64,000 bases of DNA from a bacterium (GCA_963555815.3 CAUVWX020000002.1:352001-416000); one strand, 5' to 3'; positions 48,285-57,850 are shown, counted from the stretch's first letter. Numbers and translations are program-made. The notes: generated by a model not told the origin, from the letters alone.

Positions 48285-48941
48285 TTAAATTCCATACCTA
48301 AAAAGATACAAAACAATTTTGATGTACTCGTTCACCACGAAGACGAGCTCTCGTTCTCGCGTCCACCAGCGGTCCAGGAGATAACCCTCCTCCTCCAGGG
48401 GCACAGAGGCAATGGAGATCTGGACGGGGGAACCTCGAAACACCCGCTTAAAGGTAAAAGCCGCGCGGCGGGAGTGGAAGGCGCTGGTCAGGATGACGGC
48501 AGAACGAAAATCGTGTCTCTCGAGCACCTCCCGAGAGACCAAGGCATCCTCTTGGGTGCTGGTCACTCCATCCTGAAGGATGAGGTCCTCAGGGCGAATG
48601 CCGAGAGAGACCGCGTTCGCCTTTACCGCCTCCGGAATGCTCATGCCCAGGAAATCCAGTCGATCCTGTAGATCAAAGGGCAAAAAAAGCTTTTTCGCCC
48701 TGCCCTCCCGATAGAGCTCAATGCCGCGCCCCACCCGAAGACTCCCGCCGCTTAAAGCGACCACCACGTCGGCCCGGCCGATGGGCTCGTCAACGATGAG
48801 GAATTTCGCCGCCGCCCGTAGCCACAAGGGGTGGGTCAGGATCAGGACTAGGAGAAAACCAAGGATGGAAAAAACCCACCACCGACCCCGTCTCGAAGAA
48901 CCCCTTTTGGTCCCGACTCCCGAAGGGGTGCTCTTTTCCAC
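48285..48941 (-). CDS. YdcF/DUF218 family protein
   Basis: N-terminal TM; ADVVVALSGG, TSTQEDA, LTSAFHSRRA and EYIK motifs. Confidence 0.82.
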   Translation of the reverse strand: MEKSTPSGVGTKRGSSRRGRWWVFSILGFLLVLILTHPLWLRAAAKFLIVDEPIGRADVVVALSGGSLRVGRGIELYREGRAKKLFLPFDLQDRLDFLGMSIPEAVKANAVSLGIRPEDLILQDGVTSTQEDALVSREVLERHDFRSAVILTSAFHSRRAAFTFKRVFRGSPVQISIASVPLEEEGYLLDRWWTRERELVFVVNEYIKIVLYLFRYGI

Positions 48942-49123
48942 GATCTCGGGACCTCCAAAAGATTCAACACAGCCGGGTCTAGGCGTCACGCCTCCCCTGC
49001 GCGCGGGCGGCCGAAGCCCCCCCACCTAATAAAACGCATGAATATTATGCCGCAACCAGTTGAATTCGCTTATATAGTTATGAAACATTTTCAGATCTAT
49101 CGGCCCCTTTATCCTGGCTCAAC

Positions 49124-49528
49124 CTATGAGGTTTCCCCCTTCGGCCGGGCCATCGGGAGGTTGTCGAGGAACTCCTGTAGGCCTGGAGGGGAAGAGGCCT
49201 CAAAGGGGATGAGGAGGCGTTCGACCACCTCTCCCCCCACAATGTGGCGCTCCACAATCTCCTTTACATCTTGCGGGCTTCCCACCCAATACCACACGGC
49301 ATCGGGATAGACCACCACGGTGGGGCCATATTCGCAGGCGTCAAGACACCCTGCGCGGTTTGCCCGGACCTCTCCGACAAGACCATGGCGCTTGATCTCG
49401 GCCTTAAAGAGCTCCCGCAAGGGGCCGGCCCCGCGCTCCATACAGCAACCCTTGGGATTCCCCGGCTCCCTCTCGTTTTCACAGATAAAGATGTGGCGTT
49501 TGAATGGAGGCAAAGCCCCTCCCCTCAT
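49124..49528 (-). CDS. Thioredoxin-like [2Fe-2S] ferredoxin (likely TTG start near 49513)
   Basis: HIFICENER...GCC, RANRAGCLDACEYGPTVVVYPDAVWY. Confidence 0.9.
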   Translation of the reverse strand: MRGGALPPFKRHIFICENEREPGNPKGCCMERGAGPLRELFKAEIKRHGLVGEVRANRAGCLDACEYGPTVVVYPDAVWYWVGSPQDVKEIVERHIVGGEVVERLLIPFEASSPPGLQEFLDNLPMARPKGETS

Positions 49529-49579
49529 GTCCCAACCGGGTACACCCCGGTTGGGACCGGAAACGCATAAATTATAGCA
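49529..49579 (-). promoter_or_regulatory. Extended -10 promoter followed by a perfect 12-bp hairpin upstream of the ferredoxin
   Basis: Minus-strand TGCTATAAT (49579-49571); GTCCCAACCGGG-5 nt-CCCGGTTGGGAC (49529-49557). Confidence 0.55.
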
Positions 49580-49694
49580 TAGGGGGTAACGACCAGACGG
49601 TCTAAAGGTAATTGATCTGTAGAGGTTTAATCAGAAAACCAGCTCTTCTCTCAAGGGCCCGGCGGTTGGCAAAAACCCTCGGGGCTCCTCCTCA

Positions 49695-49862
49695 TTACTC
49701 CTCGACAAGAGGCTCAAAATCTTCTTTACTGGCCCCGCACACAGGGCAGTTCCAGTCGTCCGGGATATCCTCAAAGGACGTCCCTGGGGCGATACCGCTG
49801 TCCGTATCCCCCTCCTCAGGATTATAGGTGAAGCCGCACACACTGCACTGCCATTTCCCCAT
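49695..49862 (-). CDS. Rubredoxin, 55 aa (absent from the ORF track)
   Basis: [19 protein letters not shown]...[32 protein letters not shown]. Confidence 0.95.
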   Translation of the reverse strand: MGKWQCSVCGFTYNPEEGDTDSGIAPGTSFEDIPDDWNCPVCGASKEDFEPLVEE

Positions 49863-49928
49863 CCCGCTCTCCTTTCAGATCCAGTGAACTCGCCCAGATG
49901 GGCTTGCCGCTTTCCGGGCAGCGAGTTT

Positions 49929-50409
49929 CTAACACCACTTTCCGGCCTTGTCAATCCCTGCGGCGGCCTTTCGGGGGGGCCGGAACCTAGAGGAGGCCCG
50001 TTGGGGAAAGTGGTCGACGAAGGCCCGAAGGACATCGGTCTCCGTGATGAGTCCCGCCAACTCCCCGTCCTTCTTCACCACGGGCAAACACCCAATCTTC
50101 TTCCTCAGCATCATCCGGGCCGCCGCTTGCACGGAGGTCTTCAGAGTTGCTGTCTGAATCTTTTTGGTCATGACCTCGGAGATATGGACAGATTCGAGGA
50201 AAAGGTTTTGGTCGGCCGCCGAGTGTTTCAGCAAAGTAGTGAGAGAAGCCCGAAGGAGATCCCGCTGGCTCACCACGCCCACAAGTTTGCCCCCCCCTCA
50301 CCACGGGGAGGTGGCGGATATTGCCAAACCCCATGATGTCCTGGGCGAGCTTCAAGGTCTCGTCGAGGCTGATGGAGACAACCCGCTTCGTCATGTAGTC
50401 CCCGACCAA
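49929..50409 (-). CDS. CBS-pair protein; +1 frameshift at the 8-nt homopolymer 50290-50297
   Basis: VGDYMT..IRHLPVV / LVGVVSQRDL...VMT..IGCLPVV..GLITETD. Confidence 0.85.
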
Positions 50410-50438
50410 AATTTATGCCGTCGCTTTTCGTACCCCCA

Positions 50439-50744
50439 TCAGCCTGTCTCCGTCGTCTCGAAGACCTCGTGGATCTCAAGGACATTCGGTCCCGCGAACA
50501 TCTCGGCTGGAGGGGGATCGGCATGGGCCTTATGGAAGGACTCGCTCTTCGTCCACGCCTCGAAGGACTGAAGGTCTTTCCAATAGGTCTTAACGATGTA
50601 GGGCTGACCCCGGATGGGGCGAAGAACCTCGTTTCGGATGAAGCCCGGGCTTTGGTCAACAAGTCCCGCCCGAATCCGGAAGCGCTCCTCAAAGGACGCT
50701 TCATGACCTTTGGCGATTGAGATACGGTTGGCAACTACGATCAT
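50439..50744 (-). CDS. Antibiotic biosynthesis monooxygenase family protein, IsdG/HmoA-like heme-degrading type
   Basis: N-terminal Asn (VANRI), FEERF, PGF, W...F.AW..S.SF..AH (Asn/Trp/His triad). Confidence 0.82.
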   Translation of the reverse strand: MIVVANRISIAKGHEASFEERFRIRAGLVDQSPGFIRNEVLRPIRGQPYIVKTYWKDLQSFEAWTKSESFHKAHADPPPAEMFAGPNVLEIHEVFETTETG

Positions 50745-50868
50745 CTCATCCCCCTCCGGACCCCCCTATCGATCGTCACAGGAAAGAGTCCTCCGTTCAC
50801 CGCTTAACTCGAATCGCGAGATTCTCTCGAATAAGCACCTCTTTATCCCTCTATTTGAACCAGAGATG

Positions 50869-51651
50869 TCAGGGGAATGCCTTCCGAAGACGAGATTCGG
50901 ACTTGGAGACAAAGCGGCTTTCGGGATAATCGGCCAAGAGCTGCTGGTAGGCCTCGACGGCTTTCGCGTAGCTCTCTTCCTTGCGGTAGGCTTCCGCCAA
51001 AAGAAAGAGGGCCGCGTCCGAGACGGAGGTCTCCGGAAATTCCTCCAAAAGCCCTTCCAACCGGGGGATGGCGGAATGGTAGAGCTTCCTCCCGTAATAG
51101 AACTCGCTGATGTAGTACTGGTTCTGGGCAATATTCTCCTCGCAAACATGGATCTTCGGAAGGGCCTCCTGGATCTGAGGCGCCCCTGGAAACTGAGCCT
51201 CCAACTTGCGGAAGTTCGTCAGGGCCTCCCGTGCCAGCGTCTGATCCCGGTCGATGGTGTTGAGGCGTTCAAAATCACTCATCGCGAGAAAGTAGTAGGC
51301 TCGGGCTGTCTGAGGGTTCACCGGGTAGAGCTGCACAAATTTCTCGTATTGGAACTTGGCTTCCTGATACTGCTTGCTGTTATAGAAAGAGTCTGCAAGG
51401 CTCATGAGGGCCTCGCTTCGAAGGTTGCTCTCGGGAAACTCCTGAAGGATTCTGTTGAAGGCCTCCCGGGCTCGCTCAAACTTACGAGCCTTCAGATCGT
51501 CCTGCCCAAGGACGAAGAGCTCGCCCGCCGAGCGCTCCTTCTCTGTCGGCTTGCGGCCAGCACACCCCTCAATCACCACCCCAGTCAAAAGGAGGGTAAT
51601 CAAGAGGAAACCGACTTCCTTGCAGATGGTGCCCCAACGTCTCCCAGACAT
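50869..51651 (-). CDS. bamD: Outer membrane protein assembly factor BamD
   Basis: Lipoprotein-type Cys (IEGC), TPRs, DRDQ...A...F.....FP, FYY pattern. Confidence 0.85.
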   Translation of the reverse strand: MSGRRWGTICKEVGFLLITLLLTGVVIEGCAGRKPTEKERSAGELFVLGQDDLKARKFERAREAFNRILQEFPESNLRSEALMSLADSFYNSKQYQEAKFQYEKFVQLYPVNPQTARAYYFLAMSDFERLNTIDRDQTLAREALTNFRKLEAQFPGAPQIQEALPKIHVCEENIAQNQYYISEFYYGRKLYHSAIPRLEGLLEEFPETSVSDAALFLLAEAYRKEESYAKAVEAYQQLLADYPESRFVSKSESRLRKAFP

Positions 51652-51780
51652 TCTTCCCTTTCCCCCTGCTTCCCATGTTAATGCCCCTTCGCACCCCCGT
51701 CAACGCCAAACGCCCGGCCCACCCTTGACCCCTCCAGGGGGATTATGCAAACGTGGTGGGGTTTATCTTCGGAGGTTTTC

Positions 51781-52071
51781 ATGGACCTTGAGAAGCTGAG
51801 GCAAGAGATCGACGCCATCGACCAGGAGATCCTCGAGCTCCTGAATCGACGGGCTTCCTTGGCACTTTCCATCGGCGCCATCAAGCGCGATCGGGGGGAG
51901 CCGGTCCGGTCCCCCGATCGCGAGCGGGCCATCCTGGACCGCCTTCGCCAGCGATCCAAAGGCCCTTTGTCCGAGCGGGTGGTGGTGGACCTCTTCTCTC
52001 ACATTATCGCTGAGACCCGATCCCTAGAGGGGGCGATGGGAGAGGCGGCCCCCAAAGAAAAAGGCCCTTGA
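51781..52071 (+). CDS. Chorismate mutase (AroQ type)
   Basis: LEKLRQEIDAIDQEILELLNRRA...K...P.RE. Confidence 0.88.
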   Translation: MDLEKLRQEIDAIDQEILELLNRRASLALSIGAIKRDRGEPVRSPDRERAILDRLRQRSKGPLSERVVVDLFSHIIAETRSLEGAMGEAAPKEKGP

Positions 52072-52121
52072 CAAGCCAAGGCAACCCACGCCAAATTGTC
52101 TCTTTGTGAAAAGTTGAACAG
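52068..52121 (+). promoter_or_regulatory. Putative atp operon promoter with a Rex-box-like operator
   Basis: TTGACA at 52068-52073; TTGTGAA-AAGT-TGAACAG at 52104-52121, compared with the Rex consensus TTGTGAA-N4-TTCACAA. Confidence 0.5.
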
Positions 52122-52145
52122 CCTCTCCGGCTTTTAGAGGCCTCC

Positions 52146-52400
52146 TTGAGCACAGATCCCCAGGACGAGCGGAGACGGACATACCGTGAATTGGGCCGGC
52201 TCATCTCCCTGGGTTGGGAGTTTGCCCTGGCCATCCTGGTGGGGCTGGGTCTCGGGCTTCTCACAGACCGCTGGCTGCCCACCCGTCCCTGGGGAACGTT
52301 GATCTTTCTCCTCTTTGGGATTGCGGCGGGTTTCGTCAACTTCTTTCGGGTAACGCTTGGAGATGGTCGCAAGGGAAAAGGGGGTGTTTCAGGCGATTGA
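52146..52400 (+). CDS. AtpZ/AtpI family protein
   Basis: LGWEFALAILVG..LG...DRWL.T.PWG.LIF...G..AGF. Confidence 0.85.
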   Translation: MSTDPQDERRRTYRELGRLISLGWEFALAILVGLGLGLLTDRWLPTRPWGTLIFLLFGIAAGFVNFFRVTLGDGRKGKGGVSGD

Positions 52401-52749
52401 GCGCCGGGGCTGGGGATTGGTCCTGGGGTGTACCGTCTTGAGTGTCTTCCTCTTTCCCTCCCGGGTCACCTTAGGGCTCCTTTTTGGAGGGTCCCTTGGC
52501 CTGGTCAACTTCCACCTCCTAAAAGTCTACTTCACCCGGGTTCTGAAGGGGGGCCGCCCCCGCACCTGGCTTCTTCACGTGGCCTACGCGGGAAAGTTCG
52601 TGGCCATCGCGGGGCTCCTCATCCTGGCCTTGGCTCAGGGGGGGCTTCATCCATTGGGGATCTCGGCCGGTATCTTCCTCACCATCGTCGCGATTGTGTG
52701 GGGGGCGTTGATGCCGGCGAAAGGGCGCTTGGGAGTCGGGCAGACTTAG
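52363..52749 (+). CDS. atpI: ATP synthase protein I
   Basis: Four-TM protein with G....LVNF.LL, immediately before atpB. Confidence 0.75.
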   Translation: MVAREKGVFQAIERRGWGLVLGCTVLSVFLFPSRVTLGLLFGGSLGLVNFHLLKVYFTRVLKGGRPRTWLLHVAYAGKFVAIAGLLILALAQGGLHPLGISAGIFLTIVAIVWGALMPAKGRLGVGQT

Positions 52750-52768
52750 CCAAGTAGCACGCAGAGAA

Positions 52769-53455
52769 ATGCAGGAATCATATCTCTATTTTTCTATCCC
52801 AGGATGGGGCAGCTATCCCCACGTTTCCTATACCTGGCTTCTCATGGCCGGCCTTCTGGTGATCTCCCTTGTCGTCACCCGAGGACTTCAGCTTGTCCCC
52901 TACCGGGGGCAGAACCTCTTTGAAACGGTCTTCGATGGGGTGTTGGGGTTGATAGAAGACATCATGGGCCCTCAGGGCCGGCGCTACTTTCCTCTCATCG
53001 CGACCCTTGGCCTTTTCATCCTTATCTCGAATCTGATGGGGCTGATCCCGGGTGCGATATCGCCCACGGCCAATCCCAACACCACGGCGGGGTGCGCCAT
53101 CACCGTCTTTTTCGCCACCCACTACGTGGGGCTCCGGACCCATGGTTGGAGGTATGTTCGCCAGTTCACGGGCCCCGTCTGGTGGCTTGCACCCATCATG
53201 TTCCCCATCGAGGTCATTTCCCACTTCACCCGCCCTCTTTCTCTTTCGGTCCGCCTTTTCGTCAATATCTTCGCAGACGAAACGGTCCTGCTGATCCTGT
53301 TCTTCCTTGGGGTGCTCTTCAAGGGGTTCTACGTCCCCATGGTGATCCCCTCCCTGATGATCCTCTTCGCCATATTTGTCGCCATGGTCCAGACCTTTGT
53401 CTTCATCTTGCTCTCCATGATCTATCTTTCTGGTGCCCTTGAGGAAGAACATTGA
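52769..53455 (+). CDS. atpB: F0F1 ATP synthase subunit a
   Basis: QNLFE, SNLMGLIP, RPLSLSVRLF.NI and QTFVF..L..IY motifs. Confidence 0.95.
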   Translation: MQESYLYFSIPGWGSYPHVSYTWLLMAGLLVISLVVTRGLQLVPYRGQNLFETVFDGVLGLIEDIMGPQGRRYFPLIATLGLFILISNLMGLIPGAISPTANPNTTAGCAITVFFATHYVGLRTHGWRYVRQFTGPVWWLAPIMFPIEVISHFTRPLSLSVRLFVNIFADETVLLILFFLGVLFKGFYVPMVIPSLMILFAIFVAMVQTFVFILLSMIYLSGALEEEH

Positions 53456-53478
53456 GCCATCGAGGAAAGGAGCGGTTC

Positions 53479-53832
53479 ATGCATCGAAAAGCCTGGCAGG
53501 TGGGACTCCTTACAGTGTGGATCCTGTTGGCGGGGACGTCCGTCGCCTTGGCCCAGGAGGATGGGGCGGCAGGGCAACAGACGACCTATTTCATGGTGGC
53601 GGCCTTCAGCGCCATCTTCGGGTTGGCCATTGCCGCCATCGGGGGGGCCACGGCCCAGGGGAAGAGCATTGTGAAAGCCGTTGAGGGCATCGCTCGAAAC
53701 CCTGGAGCCGCCGCAGATATCCGGACCTCTCTGATTATCGGCCTGGCCCTCATCGAATCTCTGGTTATCTACACCCTTCTGGTAAGCCTGGTTCTTCTCT
53801 TCGTGGACCCCTTCGGCCTCGTGGGAGGCTGA
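53479..53832 (+). CDS. atpE: F0F1 ATP synthase subunit c with an N-terminal signal-like extension
   Basis: GIARNPGA, ALIESLVIY; AAGGAG RBS. Confidence 0.95.
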   Translation: MHRKAWQVGLLTVWILLAGTSVALAQEDGAAGQQTTYFMVAAFSAIFGLAIAAIGGATAQGKSIVKAVEGIARNPGAAADIRTSLIIGLALIESLVIYTLLVSLVLLFVDPFGLVGG

Positions 53833-53943
53833 GGGAGAGGGACATCCGGGCAGGTGGTGGTGGCAGACCCGGGCATCCCCGGGATGTGAACCAGGAAAGG
53901 ATGAGCTCGCCTCATCCTCCTCTTGCTTTTGGCCGGGGGGCAC

Positions 53944-54636
53944 ATGCCCGCTCGAAGGCGTTCCACCTCTCTCAGGGCTGACATTGCGCGCCAGCGGATC
54001 CCAAAGGCCGCTGTTTACCGCCTTTCGGTCTACGGCCGGATCCTTCAGGAGCTAGATGAGGAGGGGGTCCGAGTGGCCTCCTCGGCGGGTCTGGCGGATC
54101 GGAGCGGGTTTAACCCGGCCCAGATCCGCAAAGATCTTGCCTACTTTGGGGAGTTCGGGATCCGCGGCGTCGGCTACATGGTCCGAGAGCTCCGCCAGGT
54201 TCTTCGAGACATCCTCGGGGTCACGCAAAAATGGAAGGTGGCCCTGGTGGGCGCGGGAAACCTCGGCTCAGCCCTTATGGCCTACCAGGGATTCCAGGCT
54301 CATGGGTTCTGTTTCGAGGCGGTCTTCGATAAATACCCCAGGGACCGGGCAAAACGCACTCAGAATCTGAAGGTCTACGGAATGGGCGCGCTTCGGCGCA
54401 TCATCCGCTCTCGAGGAATCCGGATGGCCGTTGTGGCCGTGCCCGCCAAGGGGGCCCAGGTGGTGGTGGATCAGCTGGCAGAAGCGGGGGTGACCGCCAT
54501 CTTGAACTTCGCCCCCACCCCTCTCTCGGTCCCCCCCCACGTGAAACTGCGAAACGTGGATTTAAGTCTGGAACTGGAGGGGCTTTCCTATTATCTCTCT
54601 TGGGAGAAAAGGCGTCGTGGCCAGAGAGGCCGTTGA
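53944..54636 (+). CDS. rex: Redox-sensing transcriptional repressor Rex
   Basis: IP.A.V.RLS.Y, QIRKDLAYFGEFG.RGVGY, VGAGNLG and ILNFAP motifs. Confidence 0.95.
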   Translation: MPARRRSTSLRADIARQRIPKAAVYRLSVYGRILQELDEEGVRVASSAGLADRSGFNPAQIRKDLAYFGEFGIRGVGYMVRELRQVLRDILGVTQKWKVALVGAGNLGSALMAYQGFQAHGFCFEAVFDKYPRDRAKRTQNLKVYGMGALRRIIRSRGIRMAVVAVPAKGAQVVVDQLAEAGVTAILNFAPTPLSVPPHVKLRNVDLSLELEGLSYYLSWEKRRRGQRGR

Positions 54637-55363
54637 CGTGCTGAAGGGACCGGTCCTGGGCATAGACACGGCCACCTCTTCGGCCGGCGTGGCCCTCGTG
54701 AAGGGGGGCGAGGTTCGGGCCCAGTTCCTCCTCTCGTCTGGACGCACCCATGCCCACGCCCTGGCCTGGCTCATCAGAAGGGCCTTGGAGGCTCTGGGCA
54801 TGAAAGCCCAGGACCTCGGCGGGGTGGCGGTTTCGGCCGGTCCGGGTTCCTTCACAGGCCTTCGGATCGGGATCGGGACAGCCCTGGGTCTCATCGCTGC
54901 CCTGCGCATCCCCTTGGTCGGGATAGAAACCCTGTGGGCCTATGCCCAAGGGGTGGGTCCTCACCCTCTCTGGCTTTGTCCAACCCTCGATGCGAGGAAG
55001 GGTGAGGTCTTCGCGGCCCTCTTCCGCTATGGAGAGGGAGGGCTCCAGCGCGAAGGCGAAGACTGGGTCCTCCCCCCGGAGGTTTTGTGCGGGCGAATCC
55101 AAGGGCCCACCCTCTTCTTCGGGGAAGGGTCGGAACGCTACCGGGATCTCCTCTCGGCCCGGGTGGGAGGATGGGCGCACTTCCTTCCGCCCTCCCAGTG
55201 GCCGCCGGGGGCGGCGCAGGTGGCCCTGGCGGGATGGACCCGAATCTCTCGTGGGGAGTCGGAATCCGCCGCTGGATTCCGGCCGAAGTATGTTCGGGAT
55301 TCAGACGCGGAGTTGATGTGGCGCCGTCGGTATGGGGCAGAAAAGGGAACAACTATGGTATAA
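54617..55363 (+). CDS. tsaB: tRNA threonylcarbamoyladenosine biosynthesis protein TsaB
   Basis: LGIDTAT, GPGSFTGLRIG, DARKGEVF and P.YVR.SDAE motifs. Confidence 0.93.
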   Translation: MAREAVDVLKGPVLGIDTATSSAGVALVKGGEVRAQFLLSSGRTHAHALAWLIRRALEALGMKAQDLGGVAVSAGPGSFTGLRIGIGTALGLIAALRIPLVGIETLWAYAQGVGPHPLWLCPTLDARKGEVFAALFRYGEGGLQREGEDWVLPPEVLCGRIQGPTLFFGEGSERYRDLLSARVGGWAHFLPPSQWPPGAAQVALAGWTRISRGESESAAGFRPKYVRDSDAELMWRRRYGAEKGTTMV

Positions 55364-55364
55364 T
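55356..55364 (+). promoter_or_regulatory. Extended -10 internal promoter (TGGTATAAT) upstream of DUF465-ilvB
   Basis: Perfect TGnTATAAT 45 nt before the ATG at 55410. Confidence 0.55.
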
Positions 55365-55409
55365 GCTCGATTTTCGGGGATCTTCCTCTTTACTCATCAT
55401 GGAGGGACC

Positions 55410-55643
55410 ATGGAGGATGCGACCCTGATTGAACGGCTTCGGCGGGAAAGTTCAGAATTTTCCCGTCTCTATGAGGACCATCAACACCTGGCCCACGAGG
55501 TCGATGAGCTTGAGCGGGCCCCTCATCTAACTGCTGAACAAGAACTTGAGCTAAAGCGCCTTAAAAAATTGAAACTCAAAGGAAAAGATACTATGACTAA
55601 GCTTGTGGAGCAGCAAAAAAACCGGCCCACTTCAGAGAGCTGA
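55410..55643 (+). CDS. YdcH/DUF465 family protein
   Basis: EF.RL...H..L...LKKLKL.GKD pattern; GGAGG RBS. Confidence 0.82.
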   Translation: MEDATLIERLRRESSEFSRLYEDHQHLAHEVDELERAPHLTAEQELELKRLKKLKLKGKDTMTKLVEQQKNRPTSES

Positions 55644-55653
55644 AAGGTTTAAA

Positions 55654-57330
55654 ATGGAGAAGACCGGGTCCGAAATCATCATTGAGGAGCTGAAGCGCCA
55701 GGGGGTGGACCTCATCTTCGGCATGCCGGGGGGGGCCATCATGCCCCTCTACGACGCCCTCTACGAAAGCGGTATCCGACACATCCTCATCCGCCACGAA
55801 CAGGCGGCAGCCATGGCCGCCGACGGATACGCCCGCTCCACGGGGCGGGTTGGGGTGTGTTTCACCACCTCAGGCCCCGGGGCCACGAACCTGGTGACGG
55901 GACTCGCCAACGCCCAGATGGACTCGGTCCCTCTGGTGGTCGTCACGGGACAAGTGGCCACCTACATGATTGGGAGCGATGCCTTTCAGGAAGCCGACAT
56001 GTACGGAATTAGCCTCCCCTGTACGAAATACAACTATCTGGTGAAGGACGTGCAACGCCTTCCCCAGATCGTCCGGGAGGCTTTTCACATCGCTCGTACA
56101 GGCCGTCCCGGACCGGTCCTCATTGACCTGCCCAAGGACATCCAGATCGCCACGATGGACTACGACCCTGGGATGGAGGTCGACCTCACCGTGGTCACCC
56201 GCGAGCCATCGCCCGAGGTGGACCAGGAAGTCATCGCCCGCATGGCGGACGCCATTCACAGGGCGAGGCGGCCCATCATCTACGCGGGAGGGGGGGTCGT
56301 CCACTCGGGCTGCTACGATCTCCTCAAGCAGTTCGTGGAACTCACCCAAATCCCCATCACGACGACCGTCATGGCCCTCGGCATCTTCCCGATGCGCCAT
56401 CCCCTCTGCCTTGGGATGCCCGGCATGCACGGGAGCCACGCCGTGAACTATGCCATCTCGGAGAGCGATTGCTTGATCTCCCTGGGAGTCCGCTTCGATG
56501 ACCGGGTGACGGGGGATCTCAACAAGTTTGCGCCCAAGGCCACGATCCTCCATGTGGACATCGATGCGGCGGAGATCGGAAAGCGGGTCCGCCCCCACCT
56601 CTCCCTCCACGCCAACGTGGCTGACGCCCTGAAGGAGCTGGTGAAGGTGGTCGAGCCCGGGGACTGTGCCGCTTGGCGTGAGGAGATCGCTGCGAGCAAC
56701 CGGAAGTTTCCCATGGGCTACCATTCGGACGGCAGCCTCAAACCCCAATACCTTCTCGAGCAGCTCTCGGAGGTGATCGGGGGGAACGCCATCATGACCA
56801 CAGGGGTCGGCCAGCACCAGATGTGGGCGGCCCAGTTCTGCTCCTTTGACAAGCCCCGTCATTGGCTCACCTCCGGGGGGCTTGGCGCAATGGGCTATGG
56901 CCTTCCGGCCGCCATCGGGGCCCAGCTCGCCCACCCCGACAAGCTGGTCATCAACCTGGACGGAGACGGGAGCTTTCAGGTTAACCTCCAAGAACTGGCC
57001 ACCATCGACCAATACGGGATCCCCGTCAAGACCATCATCCTCAACAACCAGTACCTGGGAATGGTCCGCCAGTGGCAGGAGTACTTCTTCCGGCGCCGCT
57101 ACTCGGAAACCCATTACACCCGAAACCCCGACTTTGCGAAGGTGGCCGAGGGGTTCGGGGTGAGAGGAATGCAGCTGAAGAAGGTGGAGGAGGTCCGCCC
57201 GGTTCTAGAAGAGGCGCTGTCTTATGATGGCCCTGTGGTGCTTGACGTTTTCATTGCCCAGGAGGAGAACGTCCTCCCCTTAGTCCCCGCGGGCAAGAGC
57301 CTGGCAGAGGTGATCGACTTCATCGAATAG
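55654..57330 (+). CDS. ilvB: Acetolactate synthase large subunit
   Basis: FGMPGGA, RHEQAA, TSGPGATN, RFDDRVTG, VGQHQMW and GDGSF..N...LNNQYLGMVRQWQ motifs. Confidence 0.96.
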   Translation: MEKTGSEIIIEELKRQGVDLIFGMPGGAIMPLYDALYESGIRHILIRHEQAAAMAADGYARSTGRVGVCFTTSGPGATNLVTGLANAQMDSVPLVVVTGQVATYMIGSDAFQEADMYGISLPCTKYNYLVKDVQRLPQIVREAFHIARTGRPGPVLIDLPKDIQIATMDYDPGMEVDLTVVTREPSPEVDQEVIARMADAIHRARRPIIYAGGGVVHSGCYDLLKQFVELTQIPITTTVMALGIFPMRHPLCLGMPGMHGSHAVNYAISESDCLISLGVRFDDRVTGDLNKFAPKATILHVDIDAAEIGKRVRPHLSLHANVADALKELVKVVEPGDCAAWREEIAASNRKFPMGYHSDGSLKPQYLLEQLSEVIGGNAIMTTGVGQHQMWAAQFCSFDKPRHWLTSGGLGAMGYGLPAAIGAQLAHPDKLVINLDGDGSFQVNLQELATIDQYGIPVKTIILNNQYLGMVRQWQEYFFRRRYSETHYTRNPDFAKVAEGFGVRGMQLKKVEEVRPVLEEALSYDGPVVLDVFIAQEENVLPLVPAGKSLAEVIDFIE

Positions 57331-57343
57331 GTGACCGAAGACC

Positions 57344-57850
57344 GTGAGGCGCATTCTTTCCATCATGGTTCGAAACCACCCGGGGGTCCTCTCCCATGTG
57401 GCAGGACTGTTTACGCGCCGCGCCTTCAACATCGAGAGCGTTGCCGCCGGGCCGACAGAAAATCCAGACGTCACCCGTATCCACATCGTGGCTCTGGGGG
57501 ATGAGCGGCAGATCGACCAGGTCATCAAGCAGATCCAAAAGCTCATCGATGTTCTGGAGGTCTCCGTCCTCACATACGCTGGCTCGGTCACACGGGAGCT
57601 CGTCCTGGTGACGATCTCCTCCTCCCAAGACAGCCGCCAGGAAATCCTCCAGCTAGCTGATGTCCTCGGGGGCAAGGTGGTGGATCTCACGGTCCGGGCC
57701 ATTACCCTGGAGTTCAGCGGTAACGAGCGTCAGGTTAACAATGCCCTTCGCATGGTCGAGCGATTCGGCATCAAACGAATGGCTCGCACAGGGATGGTCG
57801 CCCTCCCCTTCGAAAGCATCTTAGAAGCGGCCCGGGAGCCGATGAGCTGA
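57344..57850 (+). CDS. ilvN: Acetolactate synthase small subunit (intact copy)
   Basis: NHPGVL..VAGLFTRRAFNIES, KQIQKLIDV, RELVLV and ARTG motifs. Confidence 0.92.
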   Translation: MRRILSIMVRNHPGVLSHVAGLFTRRAFNIESVAAGPTENPDVTRIHIVALGDERQIDQVIKQIQKLIDVLEVSVLTYAGSVTRELVLVTISSSQDSRQEILQLADVLGGKVVDLTVRAITLEFSGNERQVNNALRMVERFGIKRMARTGMVALPFESILEAAREPMS

